A stretch of 63,867 nucleotides of DNA, filler included, from Octopus bimaculoides (GCF_001194135.2; 6 parts of 5 records of this genome joined end to end with filler, not necessarily neighbours in it), one strand, 5' to 3'; numbered from the whole stretch's first letter, positions 22,941-37,344 are shown. Translations and numbers: made by a program. The notes: generated from the sequence alone by a model not told the origin.

Positions 22941-23406
22941 ACTGGTTTGTCATATAAATTTGTTCCTTATTTTTCCTCTTATTTTAATCCTTATTTTCCA
23001 TCGACAATTTTAACAAGTTGGTCTATAATATATTCTTCATTGCTCGCATCTTCTTGCCAACATTCCGCTCACTTGTCAATACCTAGTCAGTAGAAATCAC
23101 TGGATTCTTGACATGTCACCGTGAAAATCGAAATCTGAGACAACTGACTGAAGACCCAAGAGTAGATGTCAGGGGAAAATTTTGCAGTTGTTATAGTTGT
23201 TACTTAGTCAAAAATTAGGTTTGATTAAGCAGAAACATAATCAGAGGCAGGAGCAGACTGAGAATATTAAGGGCCCTCGGGCATAACCGTTTACCGGGCC
23301 CCTTTGAATGTCTGTTTTAGTAAAGTTAACATGTAGAGTGCGGGCCCCTCAGAGCCTGATTGACCAACAGCTCCGTCTGCCTCTGATTGGAGGTATTCCA
23401 ACTTGA

Positions 23407-23615
<209 letters not shown>

Positions 23616-23879
23616 TTAACATCTACTTTTCCACCTTTACATAGGTGAAATGGAATTTAATTAGGCAGATTTTCTATAACCAGACACTCTTCCTGTTGCC
23701 AACACTCATCAGTCAGTAATATTCCCTATGGCCAGAACATGATTTTCACAGAAGACTGGAAATTAACACAGTTGCTTGCTTAATGGTGATGATTGTCTAC
23801 AACTATCATACAAAGTTAAAGAAAGAAGACAGCAGAACACACATATATACCCATACACACACAAACATTCACATCTACA

Positions 23880-24750
23880 CATAAACTCCACTTGCGAAGA
23901 CCTGTTGAGGCAAGTGAAATCGAAATCGAGTTAAATTCGACGACTGGCACCCATGCCAATGTCGTCTCCTTCATTGAACACGAAACTCAGCTTGCGAAGA
24001 CTTATTGGGGCAAGCGAAAGTGAAATTGTGATGGCACNNNNNNNNNNCCCATGGACTGGCTCTTGTGCGGGTGGCACATAAAAGCACCCACTACACTCTC
24101 TGAGTGGTTGGCATTAGGAAGGGCATCCAGCTGTAGAAACTCTGCCAATTGGAAATATGTTGTGCGTGAGAAGACCCGGCAAGCCAAGTGAGACCTAAAT
24201 CTAAGGCCTCAGCCAGTCCACTTATGCGTACCTTCCTTCATTGGACACTATACTCCACTTGCGAAGACCTTTTGAGGCAAGTGAAATCAAAATCGAGTTA
24301 AATTTGACGACTGGCACCCATGCCAATGTCGTCTCCTTCATTGGACACGAAACTCAGCTTGCAAAGACTTATTGGGGCAAGTGAAAGAAATTGTGATGGC
24401 ACCTGTGCCCAGCGTCGCCTTTCTGGCACTTGTGCCCACGGCATGTGTTAGGACTTTCGAGCGAGAGCATTGCCAGTGCCCCTGGACTGGTTCTTGTGCG
24501 GGTGGCACATAAAATACACCATTTCGAGTGTGGCCATTGCCAGTACCACCTGACTGGCCTTCATGCGGGTGACACGTAAAAGCACCCACTACAATCTCTG
24601 AGTGGTTGGCGTTAGGAAGGGCATCCAGCTGTAGAAACTCTGCCAAATCAGATTGGAGCCTGGTGTAGCCATCTGGTCTCACCAGTCCTCAGTCAAGTCG
24701 TCCAACCCATGCTAGCATGGAAAGCGGACGTTAAACGATGACGACGACGA
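23880..24750 (+). mobile_element. Repeat family E copy with internal tandem duplication
   Basis: ~150-bp block at 23884 repeated at 24252; 3' end matches family E. Confidence 0.8.
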
Positions 24751-25619
24751 AGACGACATGCACACACACACAGACATGTGACAAGCTTCTTTCAGTTTCC
24801 ATCTATCAAATCCACTCACAACACCACATGGTTGGGACGAAAGCTTCTTAACCACACATCCAAGCCAATAATGTTAGACCTAAGAGCAGTTGAATAAAGA
24901 CCCTGCAGAAGTGACAAATTTTATTGTCAAGTATGTTATATACAGGTGAATCCAAAGACATAGTCTTCCCTGATACGACACCACTACTACACCATCACCA
25001 CCACCACCACCACCATGATAAATAACAGTAATATTTTATATATATATATACAGTTATATGAAGATCCTGGAGAGGAACTAACAGATGTTATTGTTAAGAA
25101 TATGTTACTGGTACATCCAAACTTTGATGTGAATTTTGATTGCAGGCAGGACATGTTATTGTTTGGTTATGTGGAGTAGTACTTATGTAAGCTTCTTTTT
25201 GTCATTGCTTTTGTCTTGAAGTTAGGTATTAATTAGAAGAATACTTGGAACAGCATTCCCTCTAAGATGTGTGTGTGTGTGTGCAGTCACACATAATTTT
25301 ATAATGAGGAAAGGAAAGATATGTGCGCACAACGTTTTCAAAATGAAATTGGATTTTTTTTTCGCTAGTGAAGAAATTTGAGCAATGGTTTACTCAAGTG
25401 GATGAACATACTTAGCAAAGAAAGACAAAAATTGCATATAATACAAAATTTAGAGAAAACATTCTTCTCTGTAGTCATCAGAAATGATGTTGCCTAGATA
25501 TCTGGGAAACTGTGGCTAGTGTGTGTGTGTGTGTGTGATGGAATTGAATGGGGTGAATGGTCTTGAGAGTGGCTTCACTCTTCTGGATGTTAAAGTGACA
25601 AGCCCTTTATTTTATAAGC

Positions 25620-26070
25620 TTTAACAAGAGCTGAAATGATGGTTTATAGGACTTCTGGGATTTGAGCTGCCAATGCACAACCTTCAGGATATTGTAGTGG
25701 TAGAGTGATCTGATCAGATCTATACTTGGTGATAGCTTGCAGCCCTCTGATGTGTCAGATGTTAAAAGACTGCAACCTACCATCTCCTTTCTCCTGTGTC
25801 CTGTGTAACAATGTGGCCATAGATGAAAAAGATTATAGAAAGTACAGTAGCAAGGAAGAAGTCCTATTTTCACACTGAAGGTCCCAAATTTACACTTTCC
25901 CCAACAGCAATTCTGGTTATCATTCTATTGACAAAGAAAGCCTTGGATGTGCAACATCTAACAAAATTTTCCCCACAAAACTCCCTAATTATGGTATCAA
26001 AAAATCTTTGGCAGATCCACAAACAAAATGAACTAATCCTGCTATTTTCTCTGGTTGAAACCATCCTATG
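25620..26070 (-). mobile_element. Possible heavily decayed Gypsy-type integrase remnant
   Basis: Weak resemblance only: KAFFVNRMITR and IRSLYHYNILKVVHWQLKS versus the TAYHPQ.NG.VERFHRQLK pattern. Confidence 0.3.
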
Positions 26071-28394
26071 ACTGGTGTGATGTTCTCAAATAATGGTCTG
26101 ACCAGTCTTTTAATGATGGCCATGGGCATTGTGCTCCTATGGACTGGAATCTATAGGAACCTGTAATGTAGGAGCAGGCTGTTTATAAACAACAACTTTT
26201 CACGCTCTGATTTCCTATTTAATTTGTAAATAATGTACGTGTCTGCATGGTTAAGGTGCTTGCTTTGCAATCAAGTCATTCTGGGTTCGATCCTGCTGCA
26301 TGGCTGGCTCCTTTATAAGTGTCTTTTAGTTTAGTCTCAGGGTTGACCAATATTTGATGTGTGAAATTTAGTGGACAGGACTGTATACAGAAGTGCACAT
26401 TGTATATGCATGTGTGTGTATGTGAGTGTGTGTGTCTATGTTTGTGTATATTTGTATCTGTGTGTGTGAGTATGTGTTAGGGTTTGTATTTGAAAAATAC
26501 ACGCATCAATGAAAAATTGTTGATAATACATACATTGAATAAAGATACCTTGTGGTATTTAATTCCACCTAGGTTGTGTAGGCACTCTTTGTCATTCTCA
26601 CCATTAGAAATGCAATGAATCACTAATTGGTTTTTGCTGGACATCAACAATCGTATTGGTATAAAATAAACTTTGAACAAAATAGACTCAAATGAAAAAA
26701 GAGCTCTGGAAATTATATATGGAAATTATTCATAGTATTTGATCTATTGGAATATTTTAGAACACTAATGTACTGAGAATTAATGCAAACTTTGGCTCTA
26801 TCAAACAGCAATTTTTTGAGATATGTGATACCACTTTAAATTAGATGATCAATTATTTTTTAAATAAATTAATTCTGAGATGACAAGCTCTCGTATTACA
26901 ATAATTATCTACTAAATTACCAATGAATTAACTACATGAAAATGCAAGGTTCAGCAATAAATGCAGAAATGCATTTTTATAATGAAACCCCATATATTCC
27001 GTTAATTGGTGAAGAGAACAAAAGCAAGGCATGGCAAGGATCTAATAGAGAATGTAACAAAAAGAAAAAAATAGAAAGAAAAAGTAATACAATACCTGAC
27101 TGAAGGAAGACCTGACAAAATAACAAGATCAATAACCAAAAATGGTAGCTTATTATGAACCTAAACACACACACACACACGCGCGCGCGCACACACACAT
27201 ACACTTTCTCTCTCTCTCTCCTCTGTTTCTCACTGTCTTTGTCTCATTGTCTCTCTATTACTCTATCTCTGGTTCTCTAGTTCTATCTGTCAGGCCCTCT
27301 CCCACTGCCCTCTCTCTTAACACACTCAACACTGAAAAGTGGAGCCAGTTTTGCATTTAAGGTTTTGTCAGGTGGGAAGGACATCATCTATAACTCTTGT
27401 AGGTCTTCTTAGACTTCTGACTGCTATTCATAAAAATGAATCACATAACAAATGCTTATGCCCAGCCATCAAACATCATTTTTCTGGTACTACAGAATAT
27501 GATCCTCAACACAAAAAAGCATCCTCAAGATATTGGGATAACTCAAACACAATAAAGCTGCCTTTCCTAATCAAATTCCTATAAATCCTGAAGGAATGTG
27601 GCAAGGAACTAACTAACTTCTTCCATCAACTGTTTCTTTTTTGCTTTTCTTGCAAAGATTTTCTAAAGCCCAATGAAAGGCTGCCTGTGCAAAACTTTAG
27701 CACAAGAAGCAATCTAGAACCAGTTCTTTAAAGTACTGACCTACATTGACATAATCAGTTATGTAATGAAACCAGCAGTACTGGAAATCTCCAAGAAGCT
27801 ACCACAAAATAAATCAATTCATTTCTAAAAGATAATTTTGTGTTTGACTACACAACAGCGCAGCTGTGATCCTCCATATACTTTGTTAAGTATAAAGCAA
27901 TTCAGAGGATAAAGTTATTGACAAATTTGACGCTGTGGATTTCATATAAAGATAATGTAGTTATAGAGAAAATAAATTCCTTTAAATGGTGAAAAGACTT
28001 ATAATGAAGCAAGTGCTAACCCTTTATGCTAGAATGGAACCAATCAGTTGGGCAAATTATGCTTTTAGAGTTCAGGTAGACCCCTGGGAATAATTCAATA
28101 TAATCCTTTTCTCTGCTGAACAAGGTCTGCATCTTCTATTGTTGTTAAGGTAAGGTCTACACTACAAAACTATACAGAGTGTTGTTTTAAAGACAGTAGT
28201 GTGTGATGTCAGGAAGATTTGGCTGCTATTTCTAACAGGTTGAACAAATATTTGGAAGCCTTCCTCAGTGGATCATAGAAGGAAAGTTTGTTGAAGTTAG
28301 TGAAGAAGCATATATAAAGGTCCCCTCATTGATTAGTGTGAAAAATTAATTGTAAAAATGTCACTTTTTTATTTGTGTTTCTGGTGTTTTTGGT

Positions 28395-28710
28395 GACGGT
28401 GTGTGGCTTAGTGGTTGGGGTATTCAGCTCATGATCATAAGGTCATGAGTTCAATTCCCAGCAATGCATTGTGTCTTTGAGCAAGACACTTTATTTCATG
28501 TTACTCCAGTCTACTCATCTGGCAAAAATGAGTTGTACCTGTATTTCAAAGGGGCAGCCATGTCACACTCTGTGTCATGCTGAATCTCCCTAAGAACTAC
28601 ATTAAGGGTATGCATATCTGTGGAGTACTCAGCCACTTGTGTTTTAATTTTACAAGCAGGCCACTTCATTGATTCGAATCAACTGGAGTAATTGTCATTA
28701 CTGACAGAGT
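28395..28710 (+). mobile_element. tRNA-derived SINE family D
   Basis: Head GGCTTAGTGGTT...GAGTTCAATTCCC and core TTGAGCAAGACACTTTATTTCA (also at 2160-2345 minus), with a family-C-type tail. Confidence 0.75.
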
Positions 28711-29394
28711 GAGACTTAATAGCATTGAAAATGTCCAGATTACTTTAAGTTTACAATAGATTATATCACAACTCTATGCATAATTCAAATGAAAATAATT
28801 TATGTATAATAATTTTGGATGTAATTACTTAATTGTGTTTGATCAGCTGCAATTTTATTTAATTAGATTTTAAGTTATATCTACATAAATACATTAGTAT
28901 AAATTTACAAAAATGCACAATTTAGTAATTACAGGTCTTTCTTTGGTGACACGTATGACTGTTAAGTATAGTACATTGTCCTCCACAATTTCCCAACACT
29001 TTCTCCTTTTATTTGTTTCAGTCTTTGGACTGTGACTATGCCTCAGCATTGCTTTGAAGGGTATAGTCAAACAAATTACACTCGGTACTTATTTATAAAC
29101 ATGATACTTATTCTATCAGGCTTCTTTTACTGAACTCCTAAGTTACAGGGATGTAAACAAACCAACACCAGTTGTCAAACAATGGTGAGGGACAAACACA
29201 AACACACACACACAATAGGCTTCTTTTCAGTCTCTATCAACCAAATTCACCCGCAAAGCTTTAGTCAATCTGGAGTTATAGTGGAAGGCACTTGTCCAAA
29301 GTGTCACTCAGTGGGACAGTGTCCAAAACCACATGGTTTGGAAGCAAGCTTCTTACCACACAGTCAATTAACTAAAGAGTATAGCTAAGACAAA

Positions 29395-29530
29395 CTCCTA
29401 TTTTTAGACATACTCATAAAGAAAGTCAATGACCCTATAAATATTGACATCTGCTATAAACCTACTGGCTCTAAAAGACATCTTCTATTCAATTCATGCT
29501 ATTCAAGACACAACAAAATACATGTCCCTT
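29395..29530 (+). mobile_element. Penelope-like RT fragment
   Basis: FLDILIKKVNDPINIDICYKPTGSKRHLLFNSCYSRHNK (FLD...YKPT...F.SCH pattern); ends at a SINE insertion. Confidence 0.7.
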
Positions 29531-32399
29531 ATTGTTGTTGACACTCCGTCGCTTACGACGTCGAGGGTTCCAGTTGATCCGATCAACAGAACAGCCTGCT
29601 TGTGAAATTAACGTGCAAGTGGCTGAGTGCTCCACAGACACGTGTACCTCTTAACATAGTTCTTGGGGATGTTCAGCGTGACACAGTGTGACAAGGCTGG
29701 CCCTTTGAAATACAGGCACAACAGAAACAGGAAGTAAGAGTGAGAGAAAGTTGCGGTGAGAGAAAGTTGCGGTGAAAGAGTACAGCAGGGTTCGCCACCA
29801 AACATGGGTAACACTTAGAAATAAACAGGTAACTTCATCTGTGCACCTGAAAATCTAATTTTATGCAATTATATGTTTATAATGTGGAGAACCCTACATA
29901 TGGCAAACTGTAGGGTTTTTAACCCATAAGCATTTACACCAGCCATACCCATCCCAGAATATCCTTCTGTAGAGTATTGCCCATGAACTCATAAGAGACA
30001 AAGTGTTGATGAGAACCTTTACTGCAGACCAGTTATTAAATTGGTCAGCCGAAAAGGCTTTTCTGGTTAGGCGGATAACATCACTTTGTAGATGATTAAC
30101 ACAAAATAAGCAATACTTCACGTTCTTGTTTGTGGTTATTTTTATGTAAGAGTGAGAGAAAGTTGTGGTGAAAGAGTACAGCAGGGTTCGCCATCATCTC
30201 CTGCCGGAGTATCGTGGAACTTTAGGTGTTTTCGCTCAATAAACACTCACAACGCCCGGTCTGGGAATCGAAACCGCGATCCTATGACCGCGAGTCCGCT
30301 GCCCTAACCACTGAGCCATTGCACCTCCACACTCATTAGTACCATGTGACTTTTCCCACAATTATGAACAACTCCTTAATATCAACATTGCCAGTAAAGA
30401 ATACTAAACCTCTTATTAACCTCATATTAAACATCATATTACAAGAAGGAACAATAGATCATTACCACTGCTAAAACTGTTATTATACTATACCAAGCAG
30501 CTATGGGAAGGAAACCATCAACTGCTGTCATGTGAATTTTGTAAAAAAAACATGTGAAGTTTCAAGACTATTATCATGAAAGATTGATTTAACTTAATTC
30601 AATATATTTTTTATTGTTATATTTTATTTTATTTATTTAATTTTTTTTGCCAAATAAACACACGCACTTTATACTTGGACTAAACAGAATAAGTGGAGAC
30701 ATGTGGGATGGAGGCTTGCTAAAGAGGTCACAGGACATATGACAAAAAATTTTCCATACAAAGGACAAAAGAAGAAGAAAAAATAATAGATCTGAAGTTA
30801 AGAATGAATTTATTGTGTGTGTTTATTTGGCAAAAACAAAAATAAAAAATAAACGAAAGATCATCCTGAAATATAACAATATCTGTTTCAACACATGATT
30901 TCACATCAAGAATCTTGCAAAACAAATACTTAAATGTAATATATATTCTTTTCTGCTCTAGGCACAGGGCACGAAATTTTGGGGGAGGGGGGCCAGTTGA
31001 TAAGATCAACCCAATACACAACTGGTACTTAATTTATCAACTCCGAAAGGATGAAAGGCAAAGCTGACCTTGGTGGAACTTGAACTCAGAACATAAAGAC
31101 AGATGAAATACCGCAAAGCATTTTCCCCCAACATGCTAACATTTCTGCCAGCTCGCTGCTTTGCTTTTTCCTTATCATATTGTATGACTAAATGTTTTAC
31201 ACAATTGAAACCAGTAGCATTTTTGAAAANNNNNNNNNNNNNNNNNNNNNNNNNNNNNNNNNNNNNNNNNNNNNNNNNNNNNNNNNNNNNNNNNNNNNNN
31301 NNNNNNNNNNNNNNNNNNNNNNNNNNNNNNNNNNNNNNNNNNNNNNNNNNNNNNNNNNNNNNNNNNNNNNNNNNNNNNNNNNNNNNNNNNNNNNNNNNNN
31401 NNNNNNNNNNNNNNNNNNNNNNNNNNNNNNNNNNNNNNNNNNNNNNNNNNNNNNNNNNNNNNNNNNNNNNNNNNNNNNNNNNNNNNNNNNNNNNNNNNNN
31501 NNNNNNNNNNNNNNNNNNNNNNNNNNNNNNNNNNNNNNNNNNNNNNNNNNNNNNNNNNNNNNNNNNNNNNNNNNNNNNNNNNNNNNNNNNNNNNNNNAAA
31601 GCACACACCTCCCCCGCATATATATAAAAACAAAAGTAGCCAGTAAGACCCATGGTGGTAGAGTCCAAAAGGGTCCGAAAATCCAGTGGTAATCCAGGTG
31701 GAGTGATGGTTAAGTGGATGTGGAGAGGTACTGAAAGTTCGTGAAGAAGAACGGTGAATTCAAGAGAGGGTCGAAGAGCATAGGCTTGAAATGTGAAAGA
31801 CTTCTCCATTCTTCCCAAGCATCAAACCATTAGACCTGCTTGTTGTTCCCTCACTTGTCTTCGTCTTTTGTTTTCTGTAAATTTGAAACATACTCACACA
31901 CACATACACATGTATGTATGTGCGTGTATGTGTGTGTATTGTATATAAGTAATTGGGAGAAGTCTTTCAGAGTTATGTCCCTTTGTGTGGCTTAAGCAAA
32001 GTCCTGTATCAAAGTTGTACTGCAATGTTAGGTTATGATATATAAGTGTATTACGAAAACATACACATATATGAGAGGTGAGAGAGAAGTAATGGCAGAA
32101 AGAGTGCAAAAGAGGGAAATAGCTAGAAGAGGGTAAAAGAGAGGGAGAGAGAGAGAGAGAGAGTTATTGGGGTTTGGGTACTATGAGAAAGAGAAAAGAA
32201 TGGAAAGTCCAGGCATGTAAAAACTCACATAAAGCAAATATTAGTCTCTACTGCAAGGTAGAACGTGACCAATTCCTAAGAGGGCAGGTGAAAAAACAAC
32301 TGCATAGGAATTCAGGAAGATCTCCGAATGAAGGAAATTCTTCTGGATCATCTGCTTCTCTACTAAGTAGATCCTGCATGTTCTGTTGCTCTTAAAATT

Positions 32400-32770
32400 T
32401 TTTGTTGGCACTCCGTCGCTTACGACGTCGAGGGTTCCAGTTGATCCGATCAGTGGAACAGCCTGCTCGTGAAATTAACATGCAAGTGGCTGAGCACTCC
32501 ACAGACACGTGTACCCTTAACGTAGTTCTCGGGGATATTCAGCGTGACACAGTGTGACAAGGCTGACCCTTCGAATTACAGGCACAACAGAAACAGGAAG
32601 TAAGAGTGAGAGAAAGTTGTGGTGAAAGAGTACAGTAGGGTTCGCCACCATCCCCTGCCGGACCCTTGTGGAGCTTTAAGTGTTTTCGCTCAATAAACAC
32701 TCACAACGCCCTGTCTGGGAATCGAAACCGCGAATCCGCTGCCCTAACCACTGGGCCTTTGCGCCTCCAC
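32400..32770 (-). mobile_element. tRNA-derived SINE family C, complete copy
   Basis: tRNA-like head (box A/B, GGTTTCGATTCCC), body and tail shared with 29535-30330 and, for the tail, 28540-28710. Confidence 0.85.
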
Positions 32771-34629
32771 ACTCTTAAAATACAACCAGCATTTTTCAAT
32801 CAACCTCCAGTTGATCTCTTACATCTCCGCTTTTTCCCTTCAACATCCTATATACCTAATTAGCATTGGCATATTTTGCCATTCTTGGATCTTAAAGAAA
32901 GACCTGTGATTGTTCAATTGAGTCTTGAAGGGGTCCTCCGTTGCACTGGCATATCCCTGCATTCATGTCATGCCCCTGCAATCCTTGGATACGACCTCTT
33001 TTCTATACACAATAGATACTGTGTTACATTGGCTATTAAGTGTGCATATGTTGTAACCTCTAAATGAGCAGTCAGTTTCAGTGCTCAGGTTGGGAGTATT
33101 AGCTAAGATCTGTTTGCTACTAAAAGTAATCTTCATAATTTATCTATTGAATAGCTGTCTCATAATACCGCCTACAAATCTCCAGCTCTCTTTCTCTCTC
33201 TCTGTTTATTTCTCCCTCCCATGCTCTCTTTCACTTACTATCTCTCTCTCCCTCCTTTGCTCCCTTTCATAAATGTGAGTGTATACGTAATATACCTACA
33301 TACTATACATTGCAATAAAACTTTTTTTTACATCATTTTGCTACATGGCTTATCAAGCCAAACCAAGGGACATAACTCTGAAAGCTTTCGCCCAATTGTA
33401 TTTTCGAAATAACCATAACTTCTCTGTTTTCTTTCCTGCCACGCGTTCTTTTTTCTTTTTTTGTTTTCTTTTTGATACTCTTGTTCTTTGCTTAGCCAAA
33501 ATATAATCCTTAATTTACAATATTATAGTCCTATGCCAGTATGGAGGACAGACGTTAAATAATGATGATGATATTCAAAACAAATTATACATACATACAT
33601 TACTTATATGTATGTACATATGGACGCACATGATATATATATGTATATATGCTTGTATACATATATGTGTGTTTGTGTGTATATGCATATATGCATAAAT
33701 ACACAAACATGTACACATCAGTTGTATACACCAATGGGGACAGGAATTATAAATGTAAAAAAATCCAGAATATTATCATTGTTACATTGTCTAACCCAGA
33801 TCATCTCAGGAGAACTGTGATCAAAATCATTCCACCCATGATCATCTCATTTCCTTGTTTGTTTTGTTTTCCAGACAGCATTATCCAATTGTGGCATTGG
33901 TTTGAACTAAAAGCGACTTGGCTGATATTTCTAGCAGTTTTGAGCAACCACTTAGAGGTTCCTTCATTGGTTTATATACTTGATGTGTGCGTGCGTGCGT
34001 GCGTGTTTAGATAAGTGCATATGGGAAGTGTGTGTTTCTTCCGTATGCTGTCTGTATATGCATATCAATTTTTGTGATCACTGTCAAGACAAGCGTCTGT
34101 AATATATCATTGTCAACATCACCGACACCAGCACCAACATCAGCACTAGTACCAGTACCAGCAGTATTATTTCTATCCTTATCATTATTATATCACCATT
34201 TACAATATTAACAGATAAGGAAATTAATGCACTTTGCAGAAAGTTGAAATAAAAGGCATTACCATAATTAGTTGTGTGTGCGTGTGTATGTGTGCGCGTG
34301 TGCATGCATATTATGTGAATGAATAGACTTCATCATCATCATCATCATCATCATTGTCGTTGTCGTTATTATCCTCATTGTCGTCATCATCATCATCATC
34401 ATTACCATTGTTGTTTCCCCATGTGTGCATTGGTTGGCTGAATCTTCTCCAGTACAACTTACCAGTGTACACTTTTATGCGATTCAGCACTCAGAGATCA
34501 GTGATCACTCTTCATTTCTTCTTCCTTCACATGTCTTTCACATTTCTCTTCTTTTATTGGTTTCTTCCAAGATGTATTGCTTTGAACTTTATAACACAAC
34601 TGTCATAATATGACAGGACTAGCTCGGTT

Positions 34630-35215
34630 TTCTTGCTTGCTCACTATATCTCATTTGCTCTCAGCCCATTTAATTCATACACATCCAAGACACATCCAAG
34701 ACAAAATCACAGTGTGTAGTATCTTGGGTAAATGTCCTAGTCCTCTACTATAACTCCAGGCTTTTTAAAGCCATATGAATAGATTTGGTAGATGGAAACT
34801 GTACGATGTGGAAAATATACCGCCAGCATTACCCAAACGACCTGAACATTAGTTTCAAGGTTCATCCAAGGCTGGGACCACGAGCCATACGTCTCCTGCC
34901 CAATTCAGAATCACAACGCATAGGTACATTGCGGCATAATTTCTTTTCCTCAACAGGCCCTGCCCTGTTTAACATTGTCCCGAAACAGATAAAGAGGAAA
35001 AGGATCCTATCAGCTTTAAACGGAGTCTAGACAGCTTTTTTCAAAGAATACCAGACAAGCCATCCATACCTGGATACAACTCACTCAATAAGAACTCACT
35101 ACTTGAATGGACCATAGACCAAACTTGACTGTAAAAAGGATTTAGATAATCTTATCAGGTGGTGCTATTAAGTTAGACATGGCCTGGACCAATCTTTGGT
35201 CGAAACAAATCTAAG
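34630..35215 (+). mobile_element. CR1/L2-like LINE 3' end
   Basis: HPRLG...GPALFNIVPKQI...LDSFFQRIPDKPSIPGY, then a 3' hairpin GACC-N7-GGTCGAAAC. Confidence 0.75.
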
Positions 35216-35389
35216 TCTTTTTATATGTTNNNNNNNNNNNNNNNNNNNNNNNNNNNNNNNNNNNNNNNNNNNNTTAATTAATTAANNNNNNNNNNNNNNN
35301 NNNNNNNNNNNNNNNNNNNNNNNNNNNNNTATATATACATTGATATCATATATATATATATGATATCAATAATTGTTAAAGAGAATAAC

Positions 35390-36810
35390 CAACGTTAAGA
35401 CAAGAGAAAAATCTCAAGTCATATACGTTATTTTTATTGAAAAAAATTCAGTCCTACAGCTGTTGGTGGGATATCCTAGAGAATGGGATATTCCGTCATC
35501 GGAGACAAATAGGTAAAATGAAAAGGGTATAGATTAATGAATTGATGACACAGAGGACAGGAGAAAAGGAATAAGGTGATGAAGAAAGATAAGAAAAAAG
35601 AAACATAAATGTTTACAGTTCAACTTTCTGATCATGTAGAGGTAAGTCCGTAAGTCCTTACGTGCAATCCTGTGTAAATCCATGTAGGTTAAAGTCCTAT
35701 ATAATGTAAATATCCAGAAATGGACACGAACGTTTGAACGTTCTATAACGGAATGGTAGCGGAGGTGGCTATTAAATGGTAAAAAGAAAGGAAAATAAAT
35801 AAATAAATAAATAAATAGAAAGTGGGGTAGAGAGAGTGAGGGAGGAAATTTAGGATTGGCATTAAGGATGAAATAAGGTATATAAGAATAAAGTGTATAA
35901 GAATATAGTGTACAAAAATAACCAAGAAGATAAATAAATAAGGATAAATAAGGAGAGAGGAGGAGGAGGAGGAGGAGGAGGAGGTAAAGGAAGATAATGT
36001 AAAAAAAAGTAAAATGAAAGGAATTCAAAGAGAATACTAGGTGCCAGTGGTATTCTTCTACTCTGTAGAGGTTGGGGAGGAAATCTAGTAGTAAGTGCTT
36101 GTGTCCATATTATGGCTAAGGTCAGTGGCTGTAGAAATATTTTTAGAAATGGGGTATGGGTGTGTAGGAAGTCGTGGATGACGAAACCAGTTGAATGTTA
36201 AATTATTTAGGAATAAGAGCTAGAATTAAATATTAGGGGATTTATTAGGTTAAGGTTTAAAAATAAATTAAATAAGTAACATTTAACTTATAAAGTGATG
36301 AGGTAAGGTTGATAGAAGAGATACACAGGGTATATGTCAACGATCATGGAGGTTTGTATGTGAGTGTAATTCGGTGGGGGTGAATTTACATTTGGATTTA
36401 TGGAAGAATTTAAAAGTGCAGAAAAATTTGTGTTTACACGTTGTGAAGGCTTCGTTGTGTTGTTTATTAAGCAATTGTGGTGAGGTATGTGTTAAAATTT
36501 TGAGGGCTTCTTTTAAGTGGGGTGCTGGCCCTGATTTGGGATACCAGAATCTATTATAGCCCAGGAAAGTCTATATTGCATTTTCAATTAACTAGATGGT
36601 GTACGTGGCTGGCTAGTAATGTGGAATTGATATTCTCTTTATATTTAAACGAGATTAAATGTGCATAATAGCTTTACTTAAAATTTGTGGTAGATCCATG
36701 TAATAGCTATAGGAGTTATTTACTAAGTTGTGAACGGTGCATTGGTATACGACGTTGAATCTTCTGCAATGGGCTTGCAGCGGGCAATCTGTCCCAGATC
36801 TGCAGTTGCA
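35390..36810 (-). mobile_element. Penelope-like element 3' part (GIY-YIG endonuclease and terminal region)
   Basis: CNCRSGTDCPLQAHC...VVYQCTV and IIDSGIP; terminal region holds a decayed hammerhead-like motif. Confidence 0.75.
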
Positions 36811-37019
36811 GCTCTCAGTTCTTCGAGGGTTAGTCGGAGAGAGAGAAGAGGTAGTACTACTAGTGGACAAGCTAAAGGCTAGGGTAGTATTAGTTGAATC
36901 GTTCGTGATATTGTTATCATTGCCGTCATTTTTACAATCAATATCAACGCCACCGTTACCATTATTATTATTATTGTCATCGTTATTATAATTATCATTA
37001 TTATTATTATTATTATTAT

Positions 37020-37076
<57 letters not shown>

Positions 37077-37305
37077 CAGCAGCAGCAGTAATAGTAATCG
37101 TATTAGTAGTAGTGTTAGTATCAGCAGTGGTGGTACTAGTGATGGTATTATTGCAACTATTAGTGGTAAGTAGCTTGTTTACCAACCACATGGTTCCGGG
37201 TTCAGTCCCACTGCGTGGCACCTTGGGCAAATGTCTTCTACTATAGCCTCGGGCCGACCAAAGCCTTGTGAGTGGATTTGGCAGACGGAAACTGAAAGAA
37301 GCCCG

Positions 37306-37344
<39 letters not shown>

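Noticed and set aside
24946-25190. Possible ELMO terminal exon (PDTTPLLHHHH / HPNFDVNFDC)
   Set aside because: Only superficial similarity to the PxxP/NYDF tail; the Pro/His run is a CAC microsatellite and the conserved LRLLD motif is absent.
30250-30330. tRNA-like sequence (also ~32700-32770 and 28400-28465)
   Set aside because: Box A/B heads of SINEs, continuous with the SINE body and lacking a complete acceptor stem; not tRNA genes.
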